Of a stretch of 64,000 bases of DNA, positions 30,681 to 39,411 are shown one piece after another. The notes beneath the pieces are model-generated. The model was given only the letters and a program-made list of their open reading frames with translations, did not search any database and was not told the origin of the DNA. Source of the DNA: Candidatus Latescibacterota bacterium (lineage in GTDB: Bacteria; Latescibacterota; UBA2968; GCA-2709665); the NCBI GenBank assembly GCA_965205485.1, contig OZ242180.1, forward strand, positions 3,616,001-3,680,000. The letters run 5' to 3'. Numbering within the stretch: position 1 is the first letter of the stretch; every line of letters starts with the position of its first letter. The position numbers were made by a program, and so were the translations under genes.

Positions 30681-31586
30681 ATGGCGGGGCGGCCGTTTCG
30701 GGGGGTGTTCGTCATCCTGGCAACGCCGTTTTCGGACGATGGATCGCTTGACGAAGACGGGTTGAAGTCCGTGGTGGAATTCTCGATCGCGGCGGGCGCG
30801 CATGGGCTGGTCACGCCGGCAAACGCAAGCGAATTCAGCGCGTTGTCCGACCCGGAACGGCTTCGCGTGATCGAGGTCGTGGGCAGGACGGCGCAGGGCC
30901 GGCTGCCTTTCGTCGCTGGCGTGTCCGGAGTGAGTACCCAGGTGGCTGTGTGGCTGGCGAAACATGCGGCCGACGCCGGCGCCGACGCCTTGATCGCCAT
31001 GCCACCCTATGTGTCCAAGCCGTCGGCCGATGGCGTGAGGGCGTATTACGAAGCGATTTCCCGGACGACCGAACTGCCGATATTCGTACAGAACTATCCG
31101 CTGCCGATCGGCGTGCCATTGTCATCCGCGTTGTTGGGTCAGCTTGCGCGCGAGATCGAACGGGTGCTTTACGTCAAGGAGGAAGTCCCGCCGGTCACGC
31201 ACTCCGTTTCCGCGGATATCGCTGCCTGCGGGAATTCGGTGGAGGGCGTGTTCGGGGGTGCGGCCGGACGATTCCTGATTGACGAAATGAGTCGGGGCGC
31301 GGCCGGAACCATGCCGGCCTGCGACGTCCCCGACGTGCACACCGCAGTATGGAACGCCTGGCAGGCGGGGGACGTGTCTGGCGCCCGCGAGGTGTTCAAC
31401 CGCCTGTTGCCGCTCTTGAATTTTGAATCGCTGCACAGCGTACAGGGTTACAAGGAGGTACTCCGCCGCCGCGGGGTGATCCGGTCGGCCCACGTCAGGA
31501 CCGCCGTGACCGGTCCGCTGGATGCGCACGATCACGCTGAACTCGATGCGATTCTCGCCGAAATCAGCGACCTCTGGTCGGTTTGA
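30681..31586 (+). CDS. Dihydrodipicolinate synthase (DapA-like) family aldolase
   Basis: GVFVILATPF, ANASEF, MPPY, catalytic Lys in YVKEE. Confidence 0.88.
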   Translation: MAGRPFRGVFVILATPFSDDGSLDEDGLKSVVEFSIAAGAHGLVTPANASEFSALSDPERLRVIEVVGRTAQGRLPFVAGVSGVSTQVAVWLAKHAADAGADALIAMPPYVSKPSADGVRAYYEAISRTTELPIFVQNYPLPIGVPLSSALLGQLAREIERVLYVKEEVPPVTHSVSADIAACGNSVEGVFGGAAGRFLIDEMSRGAAGTMPACDVPDVHTAVWNAWQAGDVSGAREVFNRLLPLLNFESLHSVQGYKEVLRRRGVIRSAHVRTAVTGPLDAHDHAELDAILAEISDLWSV

Positions 31587-31609
31587 TCACGAAATTTACG
31601 GAGGGTGTT

Positions 31610-32473
31610 ATGCATGTTGGGATGCGGATACCGTCGATGGGAAGGGAATTGGGTCTCGAGGGTGTGGTGGCGTGGGCGAGCGAATGCGGTTTCGGGTCTG
31701 TGGATGTGCCGGAAGTCGACGCCGGGGTTCGGGGGATTTTCGACAGGGCGGGGCTGGCGATCGGTACCGTCGACTGGGGTGTGGGCGGAGGCCTGCTGAG
31801 CCGGGACGCCGAGGTGCGCAAGAGGGCGGTCGCAGCCATGAAGCGGCGCATTCACGATACGGGTGTCCACGGTTCCGGCGTTGTGTTTCTCTGCCTGGCG
31901 CCGGACGACGGCATGCAGTCACGGGCCGACAGTTTCGAGATCTTCAAAGCCGTTTATCCCGGGGTGGTGGACTATGCGGAACAGCAGAATGTGCATCTGG
32001 CCATCGAACCCTATCCTGGAGGCGCGCCGGGTTACGCCAATCTGGGATGTACGCCGGAGACGCTCCGGGCCGTATTCGAAGTCGTGCCGTCCCCCCATCT
32101 TGGGATCTGCTACGATCCGTCGCATTTCATCCGGATCGGTGTGGACTATCAGCGTCTGCTGATGGAATTCGGAGACCGCGTCCGTCACGTACACGCCAAA
32201 GATACGGAATTGCTGTCAGACGGTCTCTATCTGTACGGCAGCCTCGGACAGAGCTTCGGCAAGCGGTATGGACACGGGGAAGGCTGGTGGCGGTACTGCA
32301 TTCCCGGTTGGGGCGACGCCGACTGGATCTGGATTGTGGCGCGACTCGAAGAGTTCGGCTACGACGGGCCGCTTGCAATCGAGCTGGAAGACGACCGCTA
32401 TATGGGAAGCACGGCCCTGAATCAGGAGGGGCTGCTTGCGGCCAAGGCGTATCTGGAGGACATCATTCGCTAG
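31610..32473 (+). CDS. Sugar phosphate isomerase/epimerase (xylose isomerase-like TIM barrel)
   Basis: LAIEP, YDPSHF, HVHAKD, IELED. Confidence 0.85.
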   Translation: MHVGMRIPSMGRELGLEGVVAWASECGFGSVDVPEVDAGVRGIFDRAGLAIGTVDWGVGGGLLSRDAEVRKRAVAAMKRRIHDTGVHGSGVVFLCLAPDDGMQSRADSFEIFKAVYPGVVDYAEQQNVHLAIEPYPGGAPGYANLGCTPETLRAVFEVVPSPHLGICYDPSHFIRIGVDYQRLLMEFGDRVRHVHAKDTELLSDGLYLYGSLGQSFGKRYGHGEGWWRYCIPGWGDADWIWIVARLEEFGYDGPLAIELEDDRYMGSTALNQEGLLAAKAYLEDIIR

Positions 32474-32572
32474 CAGTCCGTTGAGAAAGTCGCTCTGCAG
32501 GCGAGGCCGAGCAACGCAGTATTTCGACCGCAAGGGCCGGCCGTAGCCCGGATGGGCAATTTCAGCGGGCTG
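32472..32572 (-). mobile_element. MITE-like family B, ~100 bp, overlapping the stop codon of the upstream gene
   Basis: Imperfect terminal inverted repeats CAGTCCGTTGAGA / TTTCAGCGGGCTG. Both ends match 6782-6841. Confidence 0.6.
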
Positions 32573-32622
32573 TTGTGTACGACTCGAATTCCCAATAAGA
32601 CAGCCGGGTCCGGAGGCGCGCG

Positions 32623-33024
32623 ATGAGAAGGTTCAAACCGTTTACGTTTGTCGTGTCACTGCTTTTCATGTCCTGCGGAGAAGACAATCCGCTGAATTAC
32701 GATACGCTGGCAGGCACCTATACGCTCCGCGAAATACAACTGGCGGGCGGCGCGGCGACGCAGACACTGCGTCCGCCCGAAGCAATCGGCACGCTCGTGC
32801 TGACGACTACGGGCGACTTTTCCCTGAGCCTGAGCATCCCTTCGCTTGGGCACGAAGATCGCTATTCCGACGGAACGTACGCCATTGAAGGATCGAGCAT
32901 TCTGTTCCAGGAAGCAGCGACGCTGGGCCTTGTCGGTACCAACGCCACGATCGACGGGAATGAGCTGACGTTGACTTCGTCGCTTGCCGGGTCCCAGGTT
33001 ACCATGGTTTTCGTGAAGGTCTGA
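32623..33024 (+). CDS. Hypothetical lipoprotein (lipocalin-like beta fold)
   Basis: Lipobox FMSC, LAGTYTL, GTYAIEG. Confidence 0.55.
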   Translation: MRRFKPFTFVVSLLFMSCGEDNPLNYDTLAGTYTLREIQLAGGAATQTLRPPEAIGTLVLTTTGDFSLSLSIPSLGHEDRYSDGTYAIEGSSILFQEAATLGLVGTNATIDGNELTLTSSLAGSQVTMVFVKV

Positions 33025-33092
33025 CCCTCGTTGCAGTGGGTCGCCATCCGGGAGCATGAGCCGGAGCAATAACTCGCAGAGGAGCGATGTAA

Positions 33093-34262
33093 ATGGTAAG
33101 GGTGGCAGACGCCGTCGTGATCGGCGGGGGAATCATGGGTGCCAGCGCGGCCCATTTTCTCGCAAAAAAGGGTCTGAGTAATGTCGTGCTCCTGGAAAAA
33201 CGGTCGCTGGCCGCCGTGAGCACGGGTCATTCGGCCGCCGTGATCCGCACCTTCTACTCGAACGACCTGACCATCCGGTTGTCCATGAAGGCGCTGGAGA
33301 TGTTCGCGAACGGACAGGAGGCGCTGGGGGGTGACTGCGGCTTTCGCAATACGGGTTATATCTGTCTTCTGGGTGAGCATACCGCCGCTGCGGGCCTGGC
33401 GGTGCTGGAGGCCGAGCAGCGGAATCACACCCGGGCCGTGGAAGTGGAAACGGATGAGATCGCGGAACTCGTACCGGGCGTGAACACGGACGGGATTATC
33501 TCAGGCATTTACGAACCCGCGTCCGGGTACGCGGACCCCGTCAGGACGGTCAGGAATCTGGTGAAGCGAGCCGCGGACTGGGGGCTGACGTGCTATGAGG
33601 GGGTGGGGGCAACGCGAATTCGGCTTTCCGGCGATCGCGCAACGGGGGTGGAGACGGATGCCGGCGAAATCCGGACAAACCTGGTGGTCAACGCGGCAGG
33701 TCCCTGGGGACGGCATATGGGATTGTCAGCGGGCCTGAATTATTCTCTGCGATGGAGCCGGGAGAGCGATCTGGTTCTGCGATTGCCGGAGGGATACGGG
33801 CGGTTTCCCGTGGTTTCCGATCCCAATCTCAGGGTCTATTTTCGTCCCGACGGCGAAAACGGGCTGCTTGCCGGATTGAGCTTCCCAAAAGAGGTGGAGC
33901 CGATGGACGTGGACGCGTACGATCCGGTTCTGGATGAGCCCACGCGACGGCGCATCGAGTCTGGGACCTTCGAACGGGTGCCGGCGTTCCGGCAGGGCGA
34001 ATACGTGAAGGGCTGGGCTTCGGTCTATACCATTACGGACGACTGGCATCCCCTGGTCGGAGCCGAGCCGGGGCTGGAGGGCTACTATGCCTTCTTTGGC
34101 GGGAGCGGGCACGGGTTCAAGCTGGGTCCGCCGATCGCCGATTCGCTGACCGACACGATCCTCGGCCGGACGCCCGAGTTCGATCTTCACCCGTTCCGTC
34201 CCAGCCGGTTCCAGGAGGGCGATCAGTTCGCGTCCGCTTGGGGAGGAGGAAACCGGGGGTGA
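33093..34262 (+). CDS. FAD-dependent oxidoreductase (DAO/sarcosine oxidase beta family)
   Basis: VIGGGIMG, VNAAGPW, GSGHGFKLGP. Confidence 0.9.
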   Translation: MVRVADAVVIGGGIMGASAAHFLAKKGLSNVVLLEKRSLAAVSTGHSAAVIRTFYSNDLTIRLSMKALEMFANGQEALGGDCGFRNTGYICLLGEHTAAAGLAVLEAEQRNHTRAVEVETDEIAELVPGVNTDGIISGIYEPASGYADPVRTVRNLVKRAADWGLTCYEGVGATRIRLSGDRATGVETDAGEIRTNLVVNAAGPWGRHMGLSAGLNYSLRWSRESDLVLRLPEGYGRFPVVSDPNLRVYFRPDGENGLLAGLSFPKEVEPMDVDAYDPVLDEPTRRRIESGTFERVPAFRQGEYVKGWASVYTITDDWHPLVGAEPGLEGYYAFFGGSGHGFKLGPPIADSLTDTILGRTPEFDLHPFRPSRFQEGDQFASAWGGGNRG

Positions 34263-34326
34263 GAGGAACGGAGAATGCGCACGTTGAGTATCTGGTCGTC
34301 GTCGAAAGATCCGGACTGCGCGCAAA

Positions 34327-34362
34327 CTGAGCCGCTCCCTGAGCTTGTCGAAGGGTCGGCGA
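34327..34362. repeat. REP-like unit
   Basis: 36 bp identical to 15770-15805. Confidence 0.75.
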
Positions 34363-34392
34363 CACAAGGACGTCTACAGCAGGGAGGGCACG

Positions 34393-34710
34393 ATGAACTT
34401 CGACAGAGCCGCGAGCAAAGGCAGGCAAGCAGCAGACGATAGGTCTGTATTCTTGTGGGGTCTCTTCGGTTTTCTGACTTGGCTGCCCGCTGTTTTCGTT
34501 GCCCACCTCATCGAGCCGCGTGTCCCACTCATTTTTCTTCAAAGATCACGGGAAGCAGAAGATGGAGTGGAGTTCGAACGCGCCTACTGTGACCGCATGA
34601 AGACCAAGCAGGTACGCGCTGCATGGTTAGGTTTGGCCGCCAGCATATTGGTGGTTATGTTCATCTATCTCTTCATCCTTGCAGTTGCCCTTACCGCCGG
34701 GGTTAGGTGA
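34393..34710 (+). CDS. Hypothetical small membrane protein
   Basis: SD GGAGG and two hydrophobic segments. Confidence 0.55.
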   Translation: MNFDRAASKGRQAADDRSVFLWGLFGFLTWLPAVFVAHLIEPRVPLIFLQRSREAEDGVEFERAYCDRMKTKQVRAAWLGLAASILVVMFIYLFILAVALTAGVR

Positions 34711-34771
34711 CGAAGAGACATCCTGTGTCACACCAAGGGAAAGATGCTGCGGCAAACCCATTCGTCATCAC

Positions 34772-34800
34772 GGCGGGTGCCCTTCGGGTAATCCGCCTTT
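34772..34800 (+). terminator. Hairpin with TTCG loop just before the R-M island
   Basis: GGCGGGTGCCC-TTCG-GGTAATCCGCC followed by TTTCTCTTGTTT. Confidence 0.45.
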
Positions 34801-34877
34801 CTCTTGTTTGAGAAGGGACCACCCAGGCCAGATGCTGCCATGAAATGTCCAATCTCAGATCGAGGAGAAGCGCGACA

Positions 34878-37319
34878 GTGAGCAACGCCAACCTGAACTG
34901 GATCGCGAACTATATCTGGGGAATCGCCGACGACGTACTGCGCGACCTGTACGTGCGAGGCAAGTACCGCGACGTGATCCTGCCGATGACCGTGCTGCGC
35001 AGACTCGACGCGGTACTGGAGGACAGCAAGCAGGCGGTCCTGGACATGCAGGCAAATCTCGATAAAATCGGTCTGGTCGACCAGGAGGAGCCGCTAAAGC
35101 AGGCAGCGGGACAGGACTTCTACAATACCTCCAGGTTCACCCTGCGCGACCTGCGCGCCCGCGCGAACCGCCAGCAACTCGAGGCCGACTTCAGGGCCTG
35201 GCTGGACGGGTTCTCCCTGAACGTCCAGGATATCCTCGAGAACTTCGAGTTCCGAAACCAGGTCTCCCGGCTTTCCAGGGCCGACGCGTTGGGGACGCTG
35301 ATCGAAAAGCTGACGTCACCTGATATCAACCTGAGCCCGGCCCCGGTGCACAACGGCGATGGTTCGGTCAGGCACTCCGGCCTCGACAACCACGGCATGG
35401 GGACGATCTTCGAGGAGCTGATCCGGCGCTTCAACGAGGAGAACAACGAGGAGGCGGGCGAACACTGGACCCCGCGCGATGCGGTGACGTTGATGGCGAA
35501 GCTGGTCTTCCTGCCCGTCGCTGATGAGATTACGTCCAGCACCTACCTGATCTACGACGGCGCGTGCGGTACAGGCGGCATGTTGACCGTGGCCGAAGAG
35601 GTCCTTCAGCAACTCGCCGCCGAGCGCGACAAGCAGGTCTCCACCCACCTGTACGGACAGGAAATCAATGCTGAGACCTACGCCATCTGCAAGGCCGACC
35701 TTCTGCTGAAGGGTGAAGGAGATGCGGCGGACAACATCGTCGGCGGCCCGGAGCATTCCACCCTGGCCAACGACGCCTTCCCGTCCCGAGAGTTCGACTT
35801 CATGCTCTCCAATCCGCCTTACGGGAAGAGCTGGAAGACTGACCTGGAACGCATGGGCGGAAAGAAGGAAATGCGGGACCCGCGGTTCGTGATCGAACAC
35901 GCGGACGATCCCGAGTATTCGCTCGTTACCCGGTCCAGCGACGGGCAGATGCTCTTTCTCGCCAACAAGTTGTCCAAGATGAAGGAGGGCGGCAGCCGCA
36001 TCGCTGAGGTGCACAACGGCAGTTCTTTGTTCACGGGTGACGCCGGGCAGGGCGAGAGCAACATCCGCCGCTGGATCATCGAGAACGACTGGCTGGAGGC
36101 GATCGTCGCACTGCCTCTCAACATGTTTTACAACACCGGCATCGCGACCTACGTGTGGGTGATCACCAACCGAAAACCGGAACATCGCCGGGGCAAGGTG
36201 CAGTTGATTGATGCCACCGAGTGGTACCGGCCGCTCCGCAAGAATCTGGGCAAGAAGAACTGTGAACTCGGCGAGGAGGACATCCGGCGCATCTGCGACA
36301 CATTCCTGGCCTTCGAGGAAACCGAACAGAGCAAGATCTTCGACAACGCCGCCTTCGGCTACTGGAAGGTGACGGTCGAGCGGCCGCTTCGGCTCGATGG
36401 GATCGACCCCAACCGCGCCTACAAGGCCTCTGAAATCAAGAAGTTAAAGGAGAGCAGTGAACGAAGCGAAACCGCGCCGCCCGTCATCAAGAGGGTCCAC
36501 AAGAGAGGCACGGAAGCTGACCCGCTGCGCGGCCGGTTCCAGGCTACTGTCGACGGCAGGCCCGTCGTGGTCGAGTACGAACCGGACACCGACCTGCGCG
36601 ACACCGAGCAGATTCCGCTGCAGGAAGAAGGCGGCATCGAAGCGTTCCTGGGGCGGGAAGTCCTTCCCTACGCCGCTGACGCCTGGTATCAAGCGGACAG
36701 CGTAAAAGTCGGCTACGAAATCAGCTTCACTCGATACTTCTACAAGCCCCAGCCCATGCGAACTTTGGAGGAAATCGGGGCGGATATTCTGGCGCTGGAG
36801 AAAGAGACTGAGGGGTTGCTGGGCGATCTTCCGATGGTGCGCGAACCGCCGGCTGTGTACGGCAAGCCGCGCATCTACGTGGATACCTCGGTGATCGGCG
36901 GGTGCCATGATGATGAGGTCCGTGAGGCGTCCATGGAGTTGTTCGAAAAGTTCAAGCTCGGAGATGCTATCCTCGTTTATTCCGATGTCATTCTCAGGGA
37001 ACTGGCGGCGGCGCCGGAAAGCGTGCGCCAGATGATCGATCAGATTCCCGCTGCAAACAAAGAGATGCACTTTCTCACGGATGAGGCAGAACGTCTTGCG
37101 GAAGCTTACATTGATTCCGGGGCTTTAGGCCTTGCGAACCGCGCTGACGCGGAGCATATCGCCCTTGCAACCCTGGCCGAGGCCGACGTTCTGGCAAGCT
37201 GGAATTTCAGGCACATGGTGAACTGGCGACGTAACCGGTTGTATAACTCAGTCAACCGGCAAATGGGGTACGCGGAGTTGAACGTCCTATCCCCGGAGGC
37301 AATCAGCTATGACAAATGA
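34878..37319 (+). CDS. hsdM: Type I R-M methyltransferase HsdM fused to a C-terminal PIN domain
   Basis: IWGIADDVLRD, GEHWTPRD, YDGACGTGGML, NPPY, usual HsdM end (LEEIGADILALEKETEGLL). The frame then continues into IYVDTSVIGG...ILREL...DAEHIALAT...SWNFRHMVN. GTG start after GAGGAG. Confidence 0.9.
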   Translation: MSNANLNWIANYIWGIADDVLRDLYVRGKYRDVILPMTVLRRLDAVLEDSKQAVLDMQANLDKIGLVDQEEPLKQAAGQDFYNTSRFTLRDLRARANRQQLEADFRAWLDGFSLNVQDILENFEFRNQVSRLSRADALGTLIEKLTSPDINLSPAPVHNGDGSVRHSGLDNHGMGTIFEELIRRFNEENNEEAGEHWTPRDAVTLMAKLVFLPVADEITSSTYLIYDGACGTGGMLTVAEEVLQQLAAERDKQVSTHLYGQEINAETYAICKADLLLKGEGDAADNIVGGPEHSTLANDAFPSREFDFMLSNPPYGKSWKTDLERMGGKKEMRDPRFVIEHADDPEYSLVTRSSDGQMLFLANKLSKMKEGGSRIAEVHNGSSLFTGDAGQGESNIRRWIIENDWLEAIVALPLNMFYNTGIATYVWVITNRKPEHRRGKVQLIDATEWYRPLRKNLGKKNCELGEEDIRRICDTFLAFEETEQSKIFDNAAFGYWKVTVERPLRLDGIDPNRAYKASEIKKLKESSERSETAPPVIKRVHKRGTEADPLRGRFQATVDGRPVVVEYEPDTDLRDTEQIPLQEEGGIEAFLGREVLPYAADAWYQADSVKVGYEISFTRYFYKPQPMRTLEEIGADILALEKETEGLLGDLPMVREPPAVYGKPRIYVDTSVIGGCHDDEVREASMELFEKFKLGDAILVYSDVILRELAAAPESVRQMIDQIPAANKEMHFLTDEAERLAEAYIDSGALGLANRADAEHIALATLAEADVLASWNFRHMVNWRRNRLYNSVNRQMGYAELNVLSPEAISYDK

Positions 37320-37506
37320 TACCGCAACCGAGAGATTCGATTGCATCCGTTTTGTGCGTGAGGTCCGTGCGAGGATTGCCGAAGAAACGGCCGGCATGAG
37401 CAATAAAGAGCGAATCCAGTACTTTCGCTCGTATCACTATGAAGACCCTGTTCTGGAACGACTGGCCGTGCCTTTGCGCGAATTGGACGAAGACGAAAGA
37501 GGGTGA
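37309..37506 (+). CDS. Small antitoxin-like protein, FDC paralog 1
   Basis: Overlaps the PIN stop by 11 nt. FDCIRFVREVRARIAEETAGMS..ERI.YF. Confidence 0.7.
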   Translation: MTNDTATERFDCIRFVREVRARIAEETAGMSNKERIQYFRSYHYEDPVLERLAVPLRELDEDERG

Positions 37507-37697
37507 ACCCTGATCAATGTCCTGAGGAGCAGCCGGCACCGCGTGACCGTACCGAGGGTTCGGGACTTGCGAGTTGAAACGCTTGACGGAATCATTGCCG
37601 ACGTCGTGAAGTTTCGTGGTCTGTCCAAACCGAAGTACGAGAAACTCTCTTTGGTTGACTCCAAGATCCCCAGCCTGAAGCCTTTTCCCGCAAAAAA

Positions 37698-37793
37698 GGA
37701 TTCCGGCGCTTCAGGGCATACAACGAGGTCAATCGTCAAAACGGATACCCCGCTATTGACATTCGCACGCCGGAGGAGATCCTCCATGGCTGA
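37698..37793 (+). pseudogene. Start-less C-terminal stub of a PIN toxin
   Basis: GFRRFRAYNEVNRQNGYPAIDIRTPEEILHG* aligns with the hsdM-PIN tail RRNRLYNSVNRQMGYAELNVLSPEAISYDK*. In-frame stop at 37656 and no start codon in between. Confidence 0.7.
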
Positions 37794-38001
37794 TGACACC
37801 CATAAAATAAAGAAATTCGACTGTGTCGAATTCATGCGCCAGGCCCGCGCCCGCATTACCGCCGAAACCGCCGATATGACTGCTGACGAACGGATAGAGT
37901 GGTTCAATTCGAAGCGGTATTCCGACCCCGTGCTGGAAGCAATGGCCGCGCGAATACGCAAATCGAATGAGGACAGGGCAACAGACAATCCTGACGGCTG
38001 A
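37786..38001 (+). CDS. Small antitoxin-like protein, FDC paralog 2
   Basis: MADDTHKIKKFDCVEFMRQARARITAETADMTADERIEWF...DPVLE. SD GGAGG, and it overlaps the PIN stub stop. Confidence 0.7.
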   Translation: MADDTHKIKKFDCVEFMRQARARITAETADMTADERIEWFNSKRYSDPVLEAMAARIRKSNEDRATDNPDG

Positions 38002-38017
38002 ATCGAAGGCAAACTGA

Positions 38018-38068
38018 AGCGCATTGGCCGGCGATGCTCTGCATATCGCTACCGCGACGCTTCATCCT
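38018..38068 (+). pseudogene. Internal PIN-domain remnant
   Basis: SALAGDALHIATATLH matches the PIN D-A-x-H-I-A-x-A motif (DAEHIALAT in hsdM-PIN). Preceded by an in-frame TGA. Confidence 0.55.
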
Positions 38069-38175
38069 GAGGAGGCCAGCCCGCTCAGCATGACCTGTTT
38101 TACGATTGCCAGGCACGTGGCTTCCCGCTGTCATCCAGAGGACTTGCCCTGAGCGTGCGGTCCATGAGCCTTTGT

Positions 38176-38235
38176 CCTGAGCCTGCCGAAGGATAGTCAA
38201 AATGTCGAAGGCGCTGCCCTGAGCTTGTCGAAGGG
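38176..38235. repeat. REP-like units inside the FDC array
   Basis: CCTGAGCCTGCCGAAGG at 38176 and CCCTGAGCTTGTCGAAGGG at 38217. Confidence 0.7.
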
Positions 38236-38468
38236 TGCCGACCCCAGGCCGACGAAGGATCTACTGCAGCATCGCATCATCCTCGAGGGTTTTCAGGTGT
38301 CGATACCTGAGAGGCAGCACGTCCGCCTGCCGCGCGGGTCGGAAGAGGCGAAAATTGCTTCGACTCTGCTCAGAATGACATGCGTTGCGACAAACACCGG
38401 CCGAGGGCAACCTGGTTTCCGTTATCCGACCTTATCCCTGAGTATCCCACGTTTCCTGGACAGCAGTA

Positions 38469-38702
38469 ATGAAGAATAAGAGCAACGCAAAGGCTTTCGA
38501 CTGCGTAAAGTGGACGCGCGAGGTCCGGGAGAGGATCAACGCGGAACTGGCGGGAATGTCCCCGGAAGAGCGGCGTCGGCGGCTCAACGCGGCTGTCCGT
38601 AAGGATCCCTACTTCGCTCGCATTCCGAAGTCCCGGGTTGTGCGACCCTGGCAGGACGATGGGGCAAGCGACGGCGGACGATCCGGCGCCGAGGGCCATT
38701 AA
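38469..38702 (+). CDS. Small antitoxin-like protein, FDC paralog 3
   Basis: AFDCVKWTREVRERINAELAGMSPEERRRRL...DPYF. Confidence 0.68.
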   Translation: MKNKSNAKAFDCVKWTREVRERINAELAGMSPEERRRRLNAAVRKDPYFARIPKSRVVRPWQDDGASDGGRSGAEGH

Positions 38703-38766
38703 TGATGTAGACCGGGAAGGGAACGAAGGCTTGCAGCAGCGTATGGACCAAGCGTGAGATTCCGCT

Positions 38767-38964
38767 ATGACCGATGAAGCCGCTGGCAAGAGATTCGATT
38801 GCATCCGCTTTGTGCGTGACGTCCGTGCGACGATTGCCGAGGAAACAGCCGGCATGAGCAATAAAGAGCGAATCCAGTACTTTCGCTCGTATCGCTATGA
38901 AGACCCTGTTCTGGAACGACTGGCGGCGCCTTTGCGCGAATTGGACAAAGACAAACGAGGGTGA
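38767..38964 (+). CDS. Small antitoxin-like protein, FDC paralog 4
   Basis: 54/65 aa identical to paralog 1 by hand alignment. Confidence 0.72.
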   Translation: MTDEAAGKRFDCIRFVRDVRATIAEETAGMSNKERIQYFRSYRYEDPVLERLAAPLRELDKDKRG

Positions 38965-39157
38965 ACCCCGATCTTTGCCCGGTCGAGTAGCCGGCGAGAA
39001 ACAGGGTTTGCACATTGGTTCGTACAAATCCGCCGCAACCAGACGCGTCAACGCCAGATTGGATTCGGCAATACATCGTGGATCACCCGGCCGGATGGTC
39101 TGAAGACCCGGAGAATCCTGACGCTAAGAATGGCCAAGACACCTGGAGGATATACAG

Positions 39158-39370
39158 ATGAGACGGAGCGGGATCATCTTCGAGGTAACTGAAGCGATTG
39201 AAGGCGGATACGACGCCAGAGCGCTCGGCCACAGCATCTTCACGCAGGGAGAAGACTGGAACGACCTGAAGGCGATGGTGCGAAATGCGGTGCGCTGTCA
39301 TTTTGACGACGAGAACATGCCACGAGTGATCAGGCTGCATCTCGTCAGAGTCGAGGCCATCGCGGTATGA
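39158..39370 (+). CDS. HicB-like antitoxin
   Basis: IIFEVTEAIEGGYDARALGHSIFTQGEDWNDLKAMVRNAVRCHFD. SD GGAGG. Confidence 0.7.
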   Translation: MRRSGIIFEVTEAIEGGYDARALGHSIFTQGEDWNDLKAMVRNAVRCHFDDENMPRVIRLHLVRVEAIAV

Positions 39371-39411
39371 AACTGCCCCGAGACGGGCGCCGAATTCGGG
39401 AGGAAATGGAA

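Noticed and set aside
34740..34800. c-di-GMP-I riboswitch suggested by GGCAAACC
   Set aside because: It lacks the GAAA-loop stem and the following GCAAA motif. Only a terminator-like hairpin is evident.
36834..36866. Similarity of the hsdM-PIN linker VREPPAVYG to the HsdR N-terminal VGEPPAGYG
   Set aside because: Too short to establish homology, and such peptides are common in linkers.
37543..37785. N-terminal extension of the 152-aa ORF 37543-38001
   Set aside because: Paralog alignment and an SD place the start at ATG 37786, and the upstream part encodes the PIN stub in another frame.
37309..38995. CRISPR-like or DGR template/variable repeat explanation for the repeated FDC genes
   Set aside because: The repeats are gene-sized and coding, the differences are not adenine-restricted, and no cas or reverse transcriptase gene is present.
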